Positions 1-9,453 of a DNA stretch of 64,000 nucleotides are shown here, piece after piece. The stretch spans positions 28,131-92,130 of the forward strand of contig CANRPF010000001.1 of NCBI GenBank assembly GCA_947632375.1, written 5' to 3'. Under the pieces are notes generated by a model. The model saw only the letters and a program-made list of their open reading frames with translations, had not been told where the DNA came from and ran no database searches. The stretch is from an uncultured Bacilli bacterium. Lineage in GTDB: Bacteria > Bacillota_I > Bacilli_A > RF39 > UBA660. The first letter of the stretch is position 1. The number at the start of each line of letters is the position of its first letter. The position numbers were made by a program, and so were the translations under genes.

Positions 1-714
1 AATTAATGCATTTAAAATACTACTTTTTCCTACGTTCGGCTTTCCTACAAGTGCTACGTTCAACCCATTTTTTATTATTTTACCATTTTTTGATTCTTTT
101 AAAATTTTATCCATTTCACAGTTTAAATCTAAAATTTTAGGTAAAAGTATATCGTTGGTAATTTCAATAGCATCATCATATTCTGGATAATCAATATTAA
201 CTTCAATATTTGCACTTATTTCTAACAACTTTTTTCTAAAATTTTCAATCATTTCAGTTAAACTTCCTGTCAAGCCATTAATACTCATTTTTCTACTTTT
301 ATCCGTTTCTGAATTAATTAAATCACCAATTGATTCTGCTTCTATTAAATCTATTCTACCATTTAAAAAAGCTCTTTTTGTAAACTCTCCAGGTTCTGCT
401 AGTCTACATCCATTTGACAATAATATTTCCAATATTTTATTAGTTGTCGTTATACCGCCATGGCAATTTATTTCCACTATATCTTCTTTTGTATAAGTTT
501 TAGGAGCTTTCATTATAGATACTAATACTTCATCTATTATATTTTCTTTTTCTTTAATAAATCCATAGTGAATGGTATGAGATTCGCAAAGATTCAAATC
601 TTTTCCATCAAAAATCTCATTTGCAATTTTAATGGCATCATCACCACTAATTCTTATAATAGATATAGCTCCAACACCTAATGATGTAGAGATTGTACAT
701 ATAGTATCATTCAT
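1..714 (-). CDS. mnmE: tRNA modification GTPase MnmE, 5' part; runs off the window start; absent from the ORF track
   Basis: ATG at 714-712 with RBS GAAAGGAAGAGG. Reads MNDTICTISTSLGVGAISIIRISGDDA...CHGG...AEPGEFTKRAFLNGRIDL. Canonical position after jag. Confidence 0.95.
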   Translation of the reverse strand, partial: MNDTICTISTSLGVGAISIIRISGDDAIKIANEIFDGKDLNLCESHTIHYGFIKEKENIIDEVLVSIMKAPKTYTKEDIVEINCHGGITTTNKILEILLSNGCRLAEPGEFTKRAFLNGRIDLIEAESIGDLINSETDKSRKMSINGLTGSLTEMIENFRKKLLEISANIEVNIDYPEYDDAIEITNDILLPKILDLNCEMDKILKESKNGKIIKNGLNVALVGKPNVGKSSILNALI

Positions 715-749
715 ATTGCCTCTTCCTTTCAACAATGGATTATATCATA

Positions 750-773
750 AAATTATTTCCCGGGAAATAATTT
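750..773. promoter_or_regulatory. Noc-binding site (NBS)-like perfect palindrome in the mnmE leader
   Basis: AAATTATTTCCCGGGAAATAATTT is a 24-bp perfect palindrome containing the B. subtilis NBS consensus ATTTCCCGGGAAAT. Confidence 0.8.
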
Positions 774-843
774 ACACTCAATTCATTTTAATTTAATTTT
801 TTTATAATTTATATTATCGTACTCTTTTACAAAATATGTCAAC

Positions 844-865
844 AAAAAAGTGCTTATTCAGCACT
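844..865 (-). terminator. Intrinsic terminator after eloR/jag
   Basis: AGTGCT-tattc-AGCACT stem over the stop codon. The A-run at 844-849 gives the U-tract on the minus strand. Confidence 0.6.
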
Positions 866-1480
866 ATTATCGTCTTTTTTATACTTTACAATAACATGTC
901 TATTAGGCTCTTCACCCTCACTTATTGTAGTAATTTTATCCCAATCACTTAATGTATTATGTACTATTCTTCTTTCATATGAATTCATGTTGCTAAGCTT
1001 TACATCTATCTTTGTATGTAAAACTTCTTTTGCAATACTTTTAGCCATTCTTTCAATTCTTTTTTCTTTTTTATCTCTAAATGTGTCAACATCTAATATT
1101 ATTTTCGGATTAATATCATATTTTGAACTTAACATTTGTTTTACGATAAGAGTTAGTGCTTGAAGATTTTTTCCTTCCTTGCCTATTACTAATGCATTAT
1201 TGTTAGTATACATTTTTACATACAATTGACTTTCCCTTATCTTTGTTTCAAATTGAACTTCTAATCCCATTAAACTAATTATTTGTTTTAAATAATTAGT
1301 TATATATTCTATTATATCAGTATATTTATAAACTATAACTTTATATGTAGTCTTTTTTAAAATGCTTCCTTTTATTTCCTCATCTTTTATTATTGCTTCA
1401 TCTTTAGTTATATTTAATTCGTTTAAAGCTGATTCAATTGTTTCATCTAAATTTTTACCTTCGAATTCGTTTACTTTCAT
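854..1480 (-). CDS. eloR: Jag/EloR (KhpB) RNA-binding protein with KH and R3H domains
   Basis: N-terminal FEGKNLDETIESAL, KH motif VIGKEGKNLQAL, R3H motif MNSYERRIVH; synteny with yidC and mnmE. Confidence 0.93.
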   Translation of the reverse strand: MKVNEFEGKNLDETIESALNELNITKDEAIIKDEEIKGSILKKTTYKVIVYKYTDIIEYITNYLKQIISLMGLEVQFETKIRESQLYVKMYTNNNALVIGKEGKNLQALTLIVKQMLSSKYDINPKIILDVDTFRDKKEKRIERMAKSIAKEVLHTKIDVKLSNMNSYERRIVHNTLSDWDKITTISEGEEPNRHVIVKYKKDDNSAE

Positions 1481-2411
1481 TTTTACTACCTCTTTTCAAT
1501 ATTAGTGTTTGAATTACACTAAATCCATTAGTTACTACCCAATATAATGCAATAGCGGTTGGTAAACTAAATGATGCTATTGATATAAAGATTAACATAA
1601 ATGTTGTCATAAATTGCATTTGACTTTGTTGCTCTGAATTACCTGTAGATGCCATACTAAATTTAAATGAAAAATAAGTTGTTATAATAATTAATGCTAT
1701 CAATACTAAATATAAATAGTTACCAGACTTTATTCCTATTAATGGTGTCGTACCTAATTGTAAACTAAACAAATTTTCTTCAAATATTGCCGGAACTCTA
1801 TTAATTGCTTCCAAGAATGCAAAGAATAATGGCAATTGAATAAATGAAATTAAACATCCACCTAAAGGATTTATATTATATTTTTTATAAACAATCATAG
1901 TTTCTTGACTTTTTGCCATCATAGATTCTGTATCAGTTTTATCTTTATATTTCTTTTCTATTCGATCTAACTCTGGTTGAGCTTTTTTCAAATTTTGTGA
2001 TTGTTTTATTGTCTTTGCTGAGAAAGGCATCATAATCAATCTCAAAGCTAAACCTATTAACATTACAGATACACCATAATTTTTTACTAATAATCCTAAT
2101 TTAACAATTAACCATGCTATCGGTATTACGAAAAGTTGTACCCATAACCCACTATAAGTTTTTTTATCGTATATTTTCATCTTGCTACAATCTTTTAAAT
2201 CATCAAGTTTAATATCCATATTATCTTCATACTTTTCATAAATTTTTATTAAATCTTTATCTTTTGGTTTACATAATATATTTGATGTTAAACTTTGTCC
2301 TGTTTCATCATTAGTAATTCTCTTCTTATCATCATCTGTTAAATATTTAGTACATCCTGTAGTTAATGATAACAGTATAAGTAAAATCACTAAGAATTTT
2401 TTCTTTTTCAT
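1455..2411 (-). CDS. yidC: Membrane protein insertase YidC/SpoIIIJ (lipoprotein-type signal)
   Basis: Lipobox-like LTTGC; QPELDRIEKKY, NPLGGCLISFIQLPLF and ALYWVVTN motifs; synteny. Confidence 0.95.
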   Translation of the reverse strand: MKKKKFLVILLILLSLTTGCTKYLTDDDKKRITNDETGQSLTSNILCKPKDKDLIKIYEKYEDNMDIKLDDLKDCSKMKIYDKKTYSGLWVQLFVIPIAWLIVKLGLLVKNYGVSVMLIGLALRLIMMPFSAKTIKQSQNLKKAQPELDRIEKKYKDKTDTESMMAKSQETMIVYKKYNINPLGGCLISFIQLPLFFAFLEAINRVPAIFEENLFSLQLGTTPLIGIKSGNYLYLVLIALIIITTYFSFKFSMASTGNSEQQSQMQFMTTFMLIFISIASFSLPTAIALYWVVTNGFSVIQTLILKRGSKNESKRIRR

Positions 2412-2737
2412 ATTTTCTCCTTATTTAATAATCGTTCTAAATTATTAAAACGATCATGGAAATTACTTTCTAAACTTCCCTTCCTTATCATTATAATATA
2501 ATCATAGTCATTTTTAAACAAGTATTTAAGCTTTCTTATAATTTCCCGTGTCTGTCTTTTTAATTTATTTCTCATTACTGCATTACCTATTTTATTGCTA
2601 ATTGCTATTCCAAACCTGCTTTTATTCTCTACTCTTTTCCTATAATATATAATATAATCTGAGTTTTTTATATATTTAGATAAATTTATTATTTCGGAAA
2701 ATTCTTGTTTAGATTTAATTGTTTCTCCTCTTTTCAT
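2408..2737 (-). CDS. rnpA: Ribonuclease P protein subunit
   Basis: RFGIAISNKIGNAVMRNKLKR is the RNR motif; synteny. Confidence 0.95.
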   Translation of the reverse strand: MKRGETIKSKQEFSEIINLSKYIKNSDYIIYYRKRVENKSRFGIAISNKIGNAVMRNKLKRQTREIIRKLKYLFKNDYDYIIMIRKGSLESNFHDRFNNLERLLNKEKI

Positions 2738-2754
2738 AAATTCTCCTTATAGAT

Positions 2755-2776
2755 AAAAAACCACACACTTGTGGTT
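2755..2776 (-). terminator. Terminator-like hairpin between rpmH and rnpA
   Basis: Minus strand reads AACCAC-aagtgt-GTGGTT followed by a T-run. Confidence 0.6.
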
Positions 2777-2897
2777 ACTTACTTAAAATTTTACGTCCCT
2801 TTTTTCTTCTTGAATTTAAAATATTCGTTTCTTTACGCGCAAAAAAACCATGCTTTTTACTTTTCTTACGATTATTTGGTTGATATGTTCTTTTCAT
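2775..2897 (-). CDS. rpmH: 50S ribosomal protein L34 (40 aa); absent from the ORF track
   Basis: Translated by hand: [48 protein letters not shown] upstream; divergent from dnaA. Confidence 0.96.
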   Translation of the reverse strand: MKRTYQPNNRKKSKKHGFFARKETNILNSRRKKGRKILSK

Positions 2898-3205
2898 AAT
2901 GCACCTCCACCTCTTTTAAGCCATTATATTGTATTATATTTTTAAACTTTAGTCAATTAATTTTTAAAAAATGCTTAATAAAGTTTTCAACGTGCATATG
3001 TTTAAAAGTTTTTATCATGTTAAAACATAAAATGTGGAAATTGTTAATAACTTTGTTTTACTCTATTTTTATTGCAATTTCGTTGTTTAAAACTATGTGT
3101 ATATTATGTTGAAATAGAAATATTTTTTAATTCTTGCTTTTCTTTTCAACAAAAGTGTTTTAAAATAAGTGTATAGAAAATTTATCTTGAAAGTGGGGTG
3201 GTTTT
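2898..3205. promoter_or_regulatory. oriC-associated region upstream of dnaA with degenerate DnaA-box-like 9-mers
   Basis: AT-rich rpmH-dnaA spacer. TTTTCAACA at 3143; on the reverse strand TTTTAAACA at 2999 and 3084, ATTTCCACA at 3033, TTATTAACA at 3042, ATTTCAACA at 3107. Confidence 0.7.
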
Positions 3206-4546
3206 ATGGATAGTAATTTTTCTTGGGATGAATTTTTATCTATTATAAAATTAAAATTATCTAGTGTATCTTTTGATACTTGGTTTAAAGATACTAAACT
3301 TTCTAAAATAACGAACGATAGTATTGATATTGAAGTTCCAATGACATTTCATAAGAATTTCTTAAACGATAATTATTATGATTTAATAGAGTCTATTTTA
3401 AAAGATTTGACCGGAAAAAATTACGATATAACATTTGTTGTTGAAGATGATATAAAAATAAAAACAGAAAATGAAGCTAAGACAGATACTAATAAAACAT
3501 CTTTCAATTCTAACCTTAACCCTAAATATACTTTTGAAAACTTTGTAATAGGTGATAGCAATAGATTTGCACAAACGGCTGCTGTAGCTGTTGCAGAACA
3601 GCCTGGAAAAGTTTATAATCCACTATTTATTCATGGTAAAAGTGGATTAGGAAAAACACATCTAATGCATGCAATTGGTAATTATATTACTGAAAATTCT
3701 CATAAAAACGTTTTATATGTTACAAGTGATAAATTTATAACTGACTTTATTGGTATAAATAAAAAAGATACTGATAATTATGATGTAATTGAACATTTTA
3801 AAGATAAGTATAGAAATATTGATGTGTTAATTATAGACGATATACAATTTTTAGGTGGAGCTGAAAAAACTCAACAAGAATTTTTTCACACATTTAATAC
3901 ATTATACGATTCTAATAAACAAATCATTATTAGTTCTGATCGATCCCCTGATGATTTAAAGTTATTAGAAGATAGATTACGAACAAGATTTAGATGGGGA
4001 CTTACAGCCAATATCTTTCCTCCAGACTTTGATTTACGTTGTAAAATTTTGAAAGATAAGATGTCTGGCCATGACGTAGCAAAATTAGTAAAAAATGAAG
4101 TAATAGAGTATATTGCGAATAATTGTGAAAGCGATGTTAGACATTTAGAAGGAGCAATTACTAGACTTTATGCATATGCAGCTATCTATAATCCATCTGA
4201 AATTAATTTAGAATTTGCAACTGAAGCATTAAAAGATTATCTCGGCAAATCTTTATATTCTAATAACAATATAGGAAAAATACAAAAAGCAGTAGCAGAC
4301 TATTTTAATTTAACTGTTGAAAGTTTAAAAAGTAAAAAAAGAACTGCTGAAATCAACAATGCAAGACAAATTGCTATTTATATATGTAGAATGACTACTG
4401 AAGAAACTACTGTTAGAATTGGATTAGAATTTGGTAATCGAGATCATTCGACTATATTACACGCCATAGAAAAGGTTAGTAAAGATATAAAGAAAAATGA
4501 GGAACTTAGAAATGAAATAGCAGAGATTAAAAATAAAATAAATTAA
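3206..4546 (+). CDS. dnaA: Chromosomal replication initiator DnaA
   Basis: NPKYTFENFVIG, Walker A GKSGLGKT, IDDIQF, domain IV GNRDHSTILHA. Confidence 0.99.
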   Translation: MDSNFSWDEFLSIIKLKLSSVSFDTWFKDTKLSKITNDSIDIEVPMTFHKNFLNDNYYDLIESILKDLTGKNYDITFVVEDDIKIKTENEAKTDTNKTSFNSNLNPKYTFENFVIGDSNRFAQTAAVAVAEQPGKVYNPLFIHGKSGLGKTHLMHAIGNYITENSHKNVLYVTSDKFITDFIGINKKDTDNYDVIEHFKDKYRNIDVLIIDDIQFLGGAEKTQQEFFHTFNTLYDSNKQIIISSDRSPDDLKLLEDRLRTRFRWGLTANIFPPDFDLRCKILKDKMSGHDVAKLVKNEVIEYIANNCESDVRHLEGAITRLYAYAAIYNPSEINLEFATEALKDYLGKSLYSNNNIGKIQKAVADYFNLTVESLKSKKRTAEINNARQIAIYICRMTTEETTVRIGLEFGNRDHSTILHAIEKVSKDIKKNEELRNEIAEIKNKIN

Positions 4547-4667
4547 TGTTGAAAAATAATTAATTTTAAACAATATATTTTCAGTTATTTTCTAGGTATA
4601 AATTACTTTTAAACACAATAAACATATATAATAAAAATAAGAATAAAATAAGAAAGAAGGAATATTA
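4547..4667. promoter_or_regulatory. dnaA-dnaN spacer, probable oriC unwinding region
   Basis: TGTTGAAAA immediately after the dnaA stop (4547), TTTTAAACA at 4564 and 4607, then a very A/T-rich tract. This is the position of the Firmicutes/Mollicutes unwinding region. Confidence 0.65.
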
Positions 4668-5786
4668 ATGAAATTTAAAATTGATAAAAATATTTTATTG
4701 GAATCTTTAGTAAATGTAGTAAGAGCTATATCACCTAAAAATATTATTCCAATATTAAATGGTATAAAATTTGAATTAGATGATGAGGGGCTTTATTTAA
4801 CAGCAAGTGATAGTGACTTAACAATAAAGAGTTTTATACCAAATGAAAACATTATAGAAGTTGAGCAACAAGGTACTATAATTATACAAAGTAAATATAT
4901 AATTGATATTATAAGAAAAATGCCTAGTGAAGAAATAAATATAGAGGTTATAGATGGTTTAAAAATAAGAATTTATACAAATGATAGTCAGTATAATTTG
5001 AATTGTTTAGATTCAGAGGATTATCCACATATAATTTTAGAAGAATCCAAAAATCCTATAATTATAAATGGAGAAATATTAAAAACAATGATTAGGCAAA
5101 CTATATTTGCCGTTTCACAACAGGAATCAAGACCATTATTAACAGGACTTAATTTAAAAATATATAACAATGTTATGGAAGCTGTTACTACTGATTCTTA
5201 TCGTCTTGCTAGAAAAACTATTATGTTAGATAAAAATTATGAAGAGGAAATTAATGTAACTATTCCAGGTAAAAATATAAATGAATTAGATAAAATTTTA
5301 GATGAAACTTTAGATGTTGAAATACATATTTTTAGCAATAAAATATTATTTAAACAAAATAACATTGTATTTCAATCAAGTTTGTTAAATGGTAAATATC
5401 CTAATACTGCTAATTTAATACCAAATGAATTTGAGATAATAATAAATGCTAATTTAAATGATTATTATGCTAGTATAGATAGAGCAGCCTTATTAACACA
5501 AAGTAAAGATAAAAATATTGTTCGTATGGAGACTAAAGGAAATGATTTAAATATTTCAAGTTTTTCATCTGAGATTGGAAAAGTAGAAGATAGAATCAAT
5601 ATTGAAAAAAATACAGAAAAAGAAATTGCTATATCATTTAGTTCAAAGTATATGATGGATGCTTTAAAGACATTTAATGAAGAAGAATTATTAATTTTAT
5701 TAAATAATGATTCATCTCCGATAATATTAAAATCAATAAAAGATGAAAGTTTAATACAGTTAATTTTACCAATAAAAACATATTAG
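4668..5786 (+). CDS. dnaN: DNA polymerase III beta sliding clamp
   Basis: IIPILNGIK, ESRPLLTG, TTDSYRLA, GKYP, and C-terminal LILPIKTY. Confidence 0.98.
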   Translation: MKFKIDKNILLESLVNVVRAISPKNIIPILNGIKFELDDEGLYLTASDSDLTIKSFIPNENIIEVEQQGTIIIQSKYIIDIIRKMPSEEINIEVIDGLKIRIYTNDSQYNLNCLDSEDYPHIILEESKNPIIINGEILKTMIRQTIFAVSQQESRPLLTGLNLKIYNNVMEAVTTDSYRLARKTIMLDKNYEEEINVTIPGKNINELDKILDETLDVEIHIFSNKILFKQNNIVFQSSLLNGKYPNTANLIPNEFEIIINANLNDYYASIDRAALLTQSKDKNIVRMETKGNDLNISSFSSEIGKVEDRINIEKNTEKEIAISFSSKYMMDALKTFNEEELLILLNNDSSPIILKSIKDESLIQLILPIKTY

Positions 5787-5807
5787 AACTTTAAAAGTTC
5801 TTTTTTT
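5786..5807 (+). terminator. Intrinsic terminator after dnaN
   Basis: GAACTT-taa-AAGTTC followed by TTTTTTT. Confidence 0.65.
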
Positions 5808-5883
5808 GTTGATAATTAGACATTTTTCAACATATTTTTTTAATTTATGGTGGTATAAGGATTTTTGTCAGGGAGGTGAATTA

Positions 5884-6336
5884 ATGAGAGAATATGAGGT
5901 AACAAAAAATACATTAGCAATTGTTCCAATAGGTGAGACTAAATCAAAGATATACGAAAAAGACTGTAATTTTATCATTGAAGATACACCTAATAATATT
6001 ATGGATGAAAGCTGTAAATATTATGGAAGCTCTATAAACGGTAGACAAAAAGGCACAACAACATTAACAGGAATAAGTTATAAAGCGCCTATAATAGTAG
6101 AAGAAAAAGAAAGTTTAATTTTTTTTCCAACAAGTTCCCCAAGATTAAAAAAATGTTCATGGATTTCATTAAACAATATCGAATCATATTATTATGATTA
6201 TGAAAAAAAATGTTGTGTTATAATGTTCGATAATAATGAAAAAGTTGAATTAGATATGTCATTTTGTATCTTAAATAATCAAATTTTAAAATCTCATAGA
6301 TTAGAATCAGTTATAAAGAAAAGAAAAACCAAATAA
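5884..6336 (+). CDS. comK: ComK-family competence transcription factor homologue (150 aa)
   Basis: Start moved to ATG 5884 (RBS GGGAGGTG). Family motifs TLAIVP, IMDESCKYYGSSINGRQKGT, YKAPII, FFPTSSP, CSWISL. Confidence 0.8.
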   Translation: MREYEVTKNTLAIVPIGETKSKIYEKDCNFIIEDTPNNIMDESCKYYGSSINGRQKGTTTLTGISYKAPIIVEEKESLIFFPTSSPRLKKCSWISLNNIESYYYDYEKKCCVIMFDNNEKVELDMSFCILNNQILKSHRLESVIKKRKTK

Positions 6337-6371
6337 TTTGGTTAAAAAGCTTTTAAATTGTATTATTTTTG

Positions 6372-6420
6372 TGTTATAATGTAGATAGGTATAGGAGTAT
6401 TATTTATACCTATTTATTTA
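6372..6420 (+). promoter_or_regulatory. Extended -10 promoter and leader hairpin upstream of recF
   Basis: TGtTATAAT at 6372-6380, then ATAGGTATA-N11-TATACCTAT (6385-6413) followed by a T-rich tract. Confidence 0.5.
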
Positions 6421-6446
6421 TTTTAGCTCATTTAAGGGGGTAATAA

Positions 6447-7541
6447 ATGGAAATAACAACTTTGAAATTAATTAATTTTAGAAATTTTGAAAAATTAGAG
6501 TTGAATTTCTCAACCCAAAAAAATATTATTATTGGTAATAATGGAATAGGTAAGACGAATATTGTAGAAGCAATATTTGTTTTAGCCTTAACAAAGTCTT
6601 TTAGAACTAATAATGATGAAGTTTTAATAAATAAAAATAATAATTTATTTAAAGTTGAGGCAAATGTTAAGTCATCATTTGTTAACAATTACAAGTTAAT
6701 ATATCAAGATGGTATAAAAACTGTCAAAATTAATAATAAAAAAATAAATAAATATAGTGATTATATTTCAAATATAAATGTAGTTTTATTTAGCTTAAAT
6801 GATTTAAAATGGATAAAAGATACTCCAAATACTAAGAGAAAATTGATAAATTTAGAAATATCACAATTTGATAATAATTATATAACATATTTAAATTACT
6901 ATAATAAGTTACTGAAACAAAGAAATGTATATTTAAAAAGTATTAACGAATTTAATGTTAATTTAGATTATTTAGATATCATTGACAAACAACTTATTAA
7001 TTATGGTATAAAAATACGTGATATTAGAAAAAAATTTGTAGATGATATAAACAAAGAAATCACTACAATCTATAATGTTTTGGGTGGAATTGGAAATTTA
7101 TCTTTAGATTATAAAACTGAATACGATATGATGTCTTTTGATGAAATTGTAAAATTGATAAAAAAAGGCATAAAGAAGGATATAATTTTTGGATCAACAC
7201 AATGTGGAATTCATCATGATGATTTTATATTTATGATTAACGACATTGAGATGAAAGAATATGGAAGTGAAGGTCAACAAAAAAACTCTATAATAGCTTT
7301 TAAATTGGCTGAAATGGAAATTTTTAATAAAAGAAATAATGAGTATCCAATATTAGTTTTAGATGATTTATTTAGTGAATTAGATGTAGGAAAAATTGAG
7401 AAGATTCTAAAATATATAAAACCAGAAATCCAAACATTTATAACAACAACAGATTTAAAAAAAATAAAAAAAGCATATTTAAAAAATAGCAAAATATTTA
7501 AATTGTCAAAAAATGGTATAAAGGAGGAAATTTATGAATAA
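6447..7541 (+). CDS. recF: DNA replication and repair protein RecF
   Basis: LINFRNF, Walker [28 protein letters not shown]. Confidence 0.97.
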   Translation: MEITTLKLINFRNFEKLELNFSTQKNIIIGNNGIGKTNIVEAIFVLALTKSFRTNNDEVLINKNNNLFKVEANVKSSFVNNYKLIYQDGIKTVKINNKKINKYSDYISNINVVLFSLNDLKWIKDTPNTKRKLINLEISQFDNNYITYLNYYNKLLKQRNVYLKSINEFNVNLDYLDIIDKQLINYGIKIRDIRKKFVDDINKEITTIYNVLGGIGNLSLDYKTEYDMMSFDEIVKLIKKGIKKDIIFGSTQCGIHHDDFIFMINDIEMKEYGSEGQQKNSIIAFKLAEMEIFNKRNNEYPILVLDDLFSELDVGKIEKILKYIKPEIQTFITTTDLKKIKKAYLKNSKIFKLSKNGIKEEIYE

Positions 7542-9444
7542 TTATAGTGATAATGATATTCAAGTTTTGGAAGGCTTAGAAGCTGTAAGAAAAAGACCAG
7601 GAATGTATATAGGAACAACAAGTGAAAAAGGATTGCATCATTTAGTATGGGAAATTGTAGATAATGCAATAGACGAAGCATTGGCAGGATATTGTGATGA
7701 TATCGAAGTTATAGTAGGAAAAGAAAACACTATTACTGTAAAAGACGATGGTAGAGGTATGCCAACAGGTATTAATTCAAAAACAGGGTTATCCACTATA
7801 GAAACCATATTTACTGTATTGCATGCTGGAGGAAAATTCGGCGGTGGCGGATATAAAGTCAGTGGCGGTTTACATGGTGTAGGTGCTAGTGTAGTAAATG
7901 CTTTATCAACATGGCTAGAAGTAACAGTTTATAGAGAAGGCAAAATTTTTTATCAAAGATTTGAAAATGGAGGACATCCGGTATCTGAATTAAAAGAAAT
8001 TGGTGAATGTGATATAAATAGAACAGGAACAACAGTAAAATTTAAAGCAGATCCCGAAATATTTACTGAAACTACGATATACAATTATGAAACATTAGCG
8101 AAAAGATTGCAAGAATTAGCCTTCTTAAATAAAGGGATAAGAATTATGCTTCTTGACGAAAGAGAAGAGGGCAGAAAAAATGAATTTTTGTATAATGGTG
8201 GTATTATTGAATACGTTGAAATGTTAAACAAAAATAAAACACCTATACATGATGAAATTATTTATTTTGAAGGAACAGAGGATAATATCGAGTTAGAAGT
8301 TGCATTACAATATAATGATTCATATAATGCAAATGTTTATTCTTTTACTAATAATATAAATACATACGAAGGCGGAACTCATGAAGATGGAGTAAAATTA
8401 GCTTTAACTAGAGTTATAAACAATTATGCTCGAAATAGCAAGCTATTAAAAGAAAAAGATGAAGCATTAAGTGGGGAAGATTGTAGGGAAGGGTTAACAA
8501 TGATTATTTCATGTAAACATCCTAATCCACAATTTGAAGGACAAACTAAAACAAAATTAGGTAATAGTGAAGTAAGAAAAATAGCTAATGATATATTTTC
8601 TAAAGGTTTTGAAAGATTTTTGATGGAAAATCCTCAAGATGCAAGAAATATAATTGAAAAATGTATGACAGCTTCACGTGCAAGAATTGCTGCAAAAAAA
8701 GCAAGAGAAGCAACAAGAAGAAAAGGCGATTTAGATGTTACAAATTTCTTCGGAAAATTAGCTGACTGTAAAAGTAAAGATGCTTCTATAAGTGAAATAT
8801 TTCTTGTAGAGGGAGATTCAGCTGGTGGTTCAGCAATTAAAGGTAGAGATAGTATGACACAAGCTATTTTACCGTTAAGAGGAAAAATATTGAATGTTGA
8901 AAAGGCTAGACTTGATCGAGCATTATCAAATGAAGAAATAAGAACAATTATAACTGCATTCGGAACAGGAATTGGAGAAGAATTTAATTTAGATAAATTA
9001 AGATATAATAAAATTATAATAATGACAGATGCTGATGTAGATGGCTCTCATATTAGAGTGTTGTTATTAACGTTATTTTATAGATTTTTTAGACCAATTG
9101 TAGAAGCAGGTCATGTTTATGCTGCTCAACCTCCTTTATTTGCAATAAGACATGGAAAAACAATAAAATATGTATTGGATGAAAAAGAACGTGATGAATA
9201 CATTTCAACATTATCTTCAAATACAAAATATGAAATCGCTAGAATGAAAGGTCTTGGAGAAATGAATGCTGAAGAATTAAATGAAACAACTATGGATATA
9301 AATAAAAGAATTTTACGTCAAATTACGGTTGATGATGCTATGGCTGCTGATGATATTTTCAATAAACTTATGGGGGAAGAGGTAGAGCCTAGAAGAGAGT
9401 TTATTGAGCAAAATGCAACATATGTAGAGAATTTAGATATTTAG
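7534..9444 (+). CDS. gyrB: DNA gyrase subunit B
   Basis: [42 protein letters not shown]. Confidence 0.99.
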   Translation: MNNYSDNDIQVLEGLEAVRKRPGMYIGTTSEKGLHHLVWEIVDNAIDEALAGYCDDIEVIVGKENTITVKDDGRGMPTGINSKTGLSTIETIFTVLHAGGKFGGGGYKVSGGLHGVGASVVNALSTWLEVTVYREGKIFYQRFENGGHPVSELKEIGECDINRTGTTVKFKADPEIFTETTIYNYETLAKRLQELAFLNKGIRIMLLDEREEGRKNEFLYNGGIIEYVEMLNKNKTPIHDEIIYFEGTEDNIELEVALQYNDSYNANVYSFTNNINTYEGGTHEDGVKLALTRVINNYARNSKLLKEKDEALSGEDCREGLTMIISCKHPNPQFEGQTKTKLGNSEVRKIANDIFSKGFERFLMENPQDARNIIEKCMTASRARIAAKKAREATRRKGDLDVTNFFGKLADCKSKDASISEIFLVEGDSAGGSAIKGRDSMTQAILPLRGKILNVEKARLDRALSNEEIRTIITAFGTGIGEEFNLDKLRYNKIIIMTDADVDGSHIRVLLLTLFYRFFRPIVEAGHVYAAQPPLFAIRHGKTIKYVLDEKERDEYISTLSSNTKYEIARMKGLGEMNAEELNETTMDINKRILRQITVDDAMAADDIFNKLMGEEVEPRREFIEQNATYVENLDI

Positions 9445-9453
9445 GAGGTTTTT

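Noticed and set aside
2541-2548. NBS half-site ATTTCCCG in rnpA
   Set aside because: The second half is missing.
5793-5841. ComK AT-box pairs (AAAA-N5-TTTT) upstream of the comK-like gene
   Set aside because: One perfect box lies inside the terminator stem; partner boxes are degenerate and expected by chance in AT-rich DNA.
5806-5883. N-terminal extension of the comK-like ORF given by the track
   Set aside because: It spans the promoter region; the strong RBS GGGAGGTG points to ATG 5884.
6428-7492. Antisense ORFs 6428-6688 and 7274-7492, and similar shadows inside gyrA, dnaX, recR, ricT, mfd, tatD, rsmA, addA, clpB and tagO
   Set aside because: Each is fully overlapped by a well-supported gene on the other strand and has no RBS or recognisable motif; typical codon-bias shadows.
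8670-8685. parS-like 16-mer in gyrB
   Set aside because: Only 12 of 16 positions match and the palindrome is broken.
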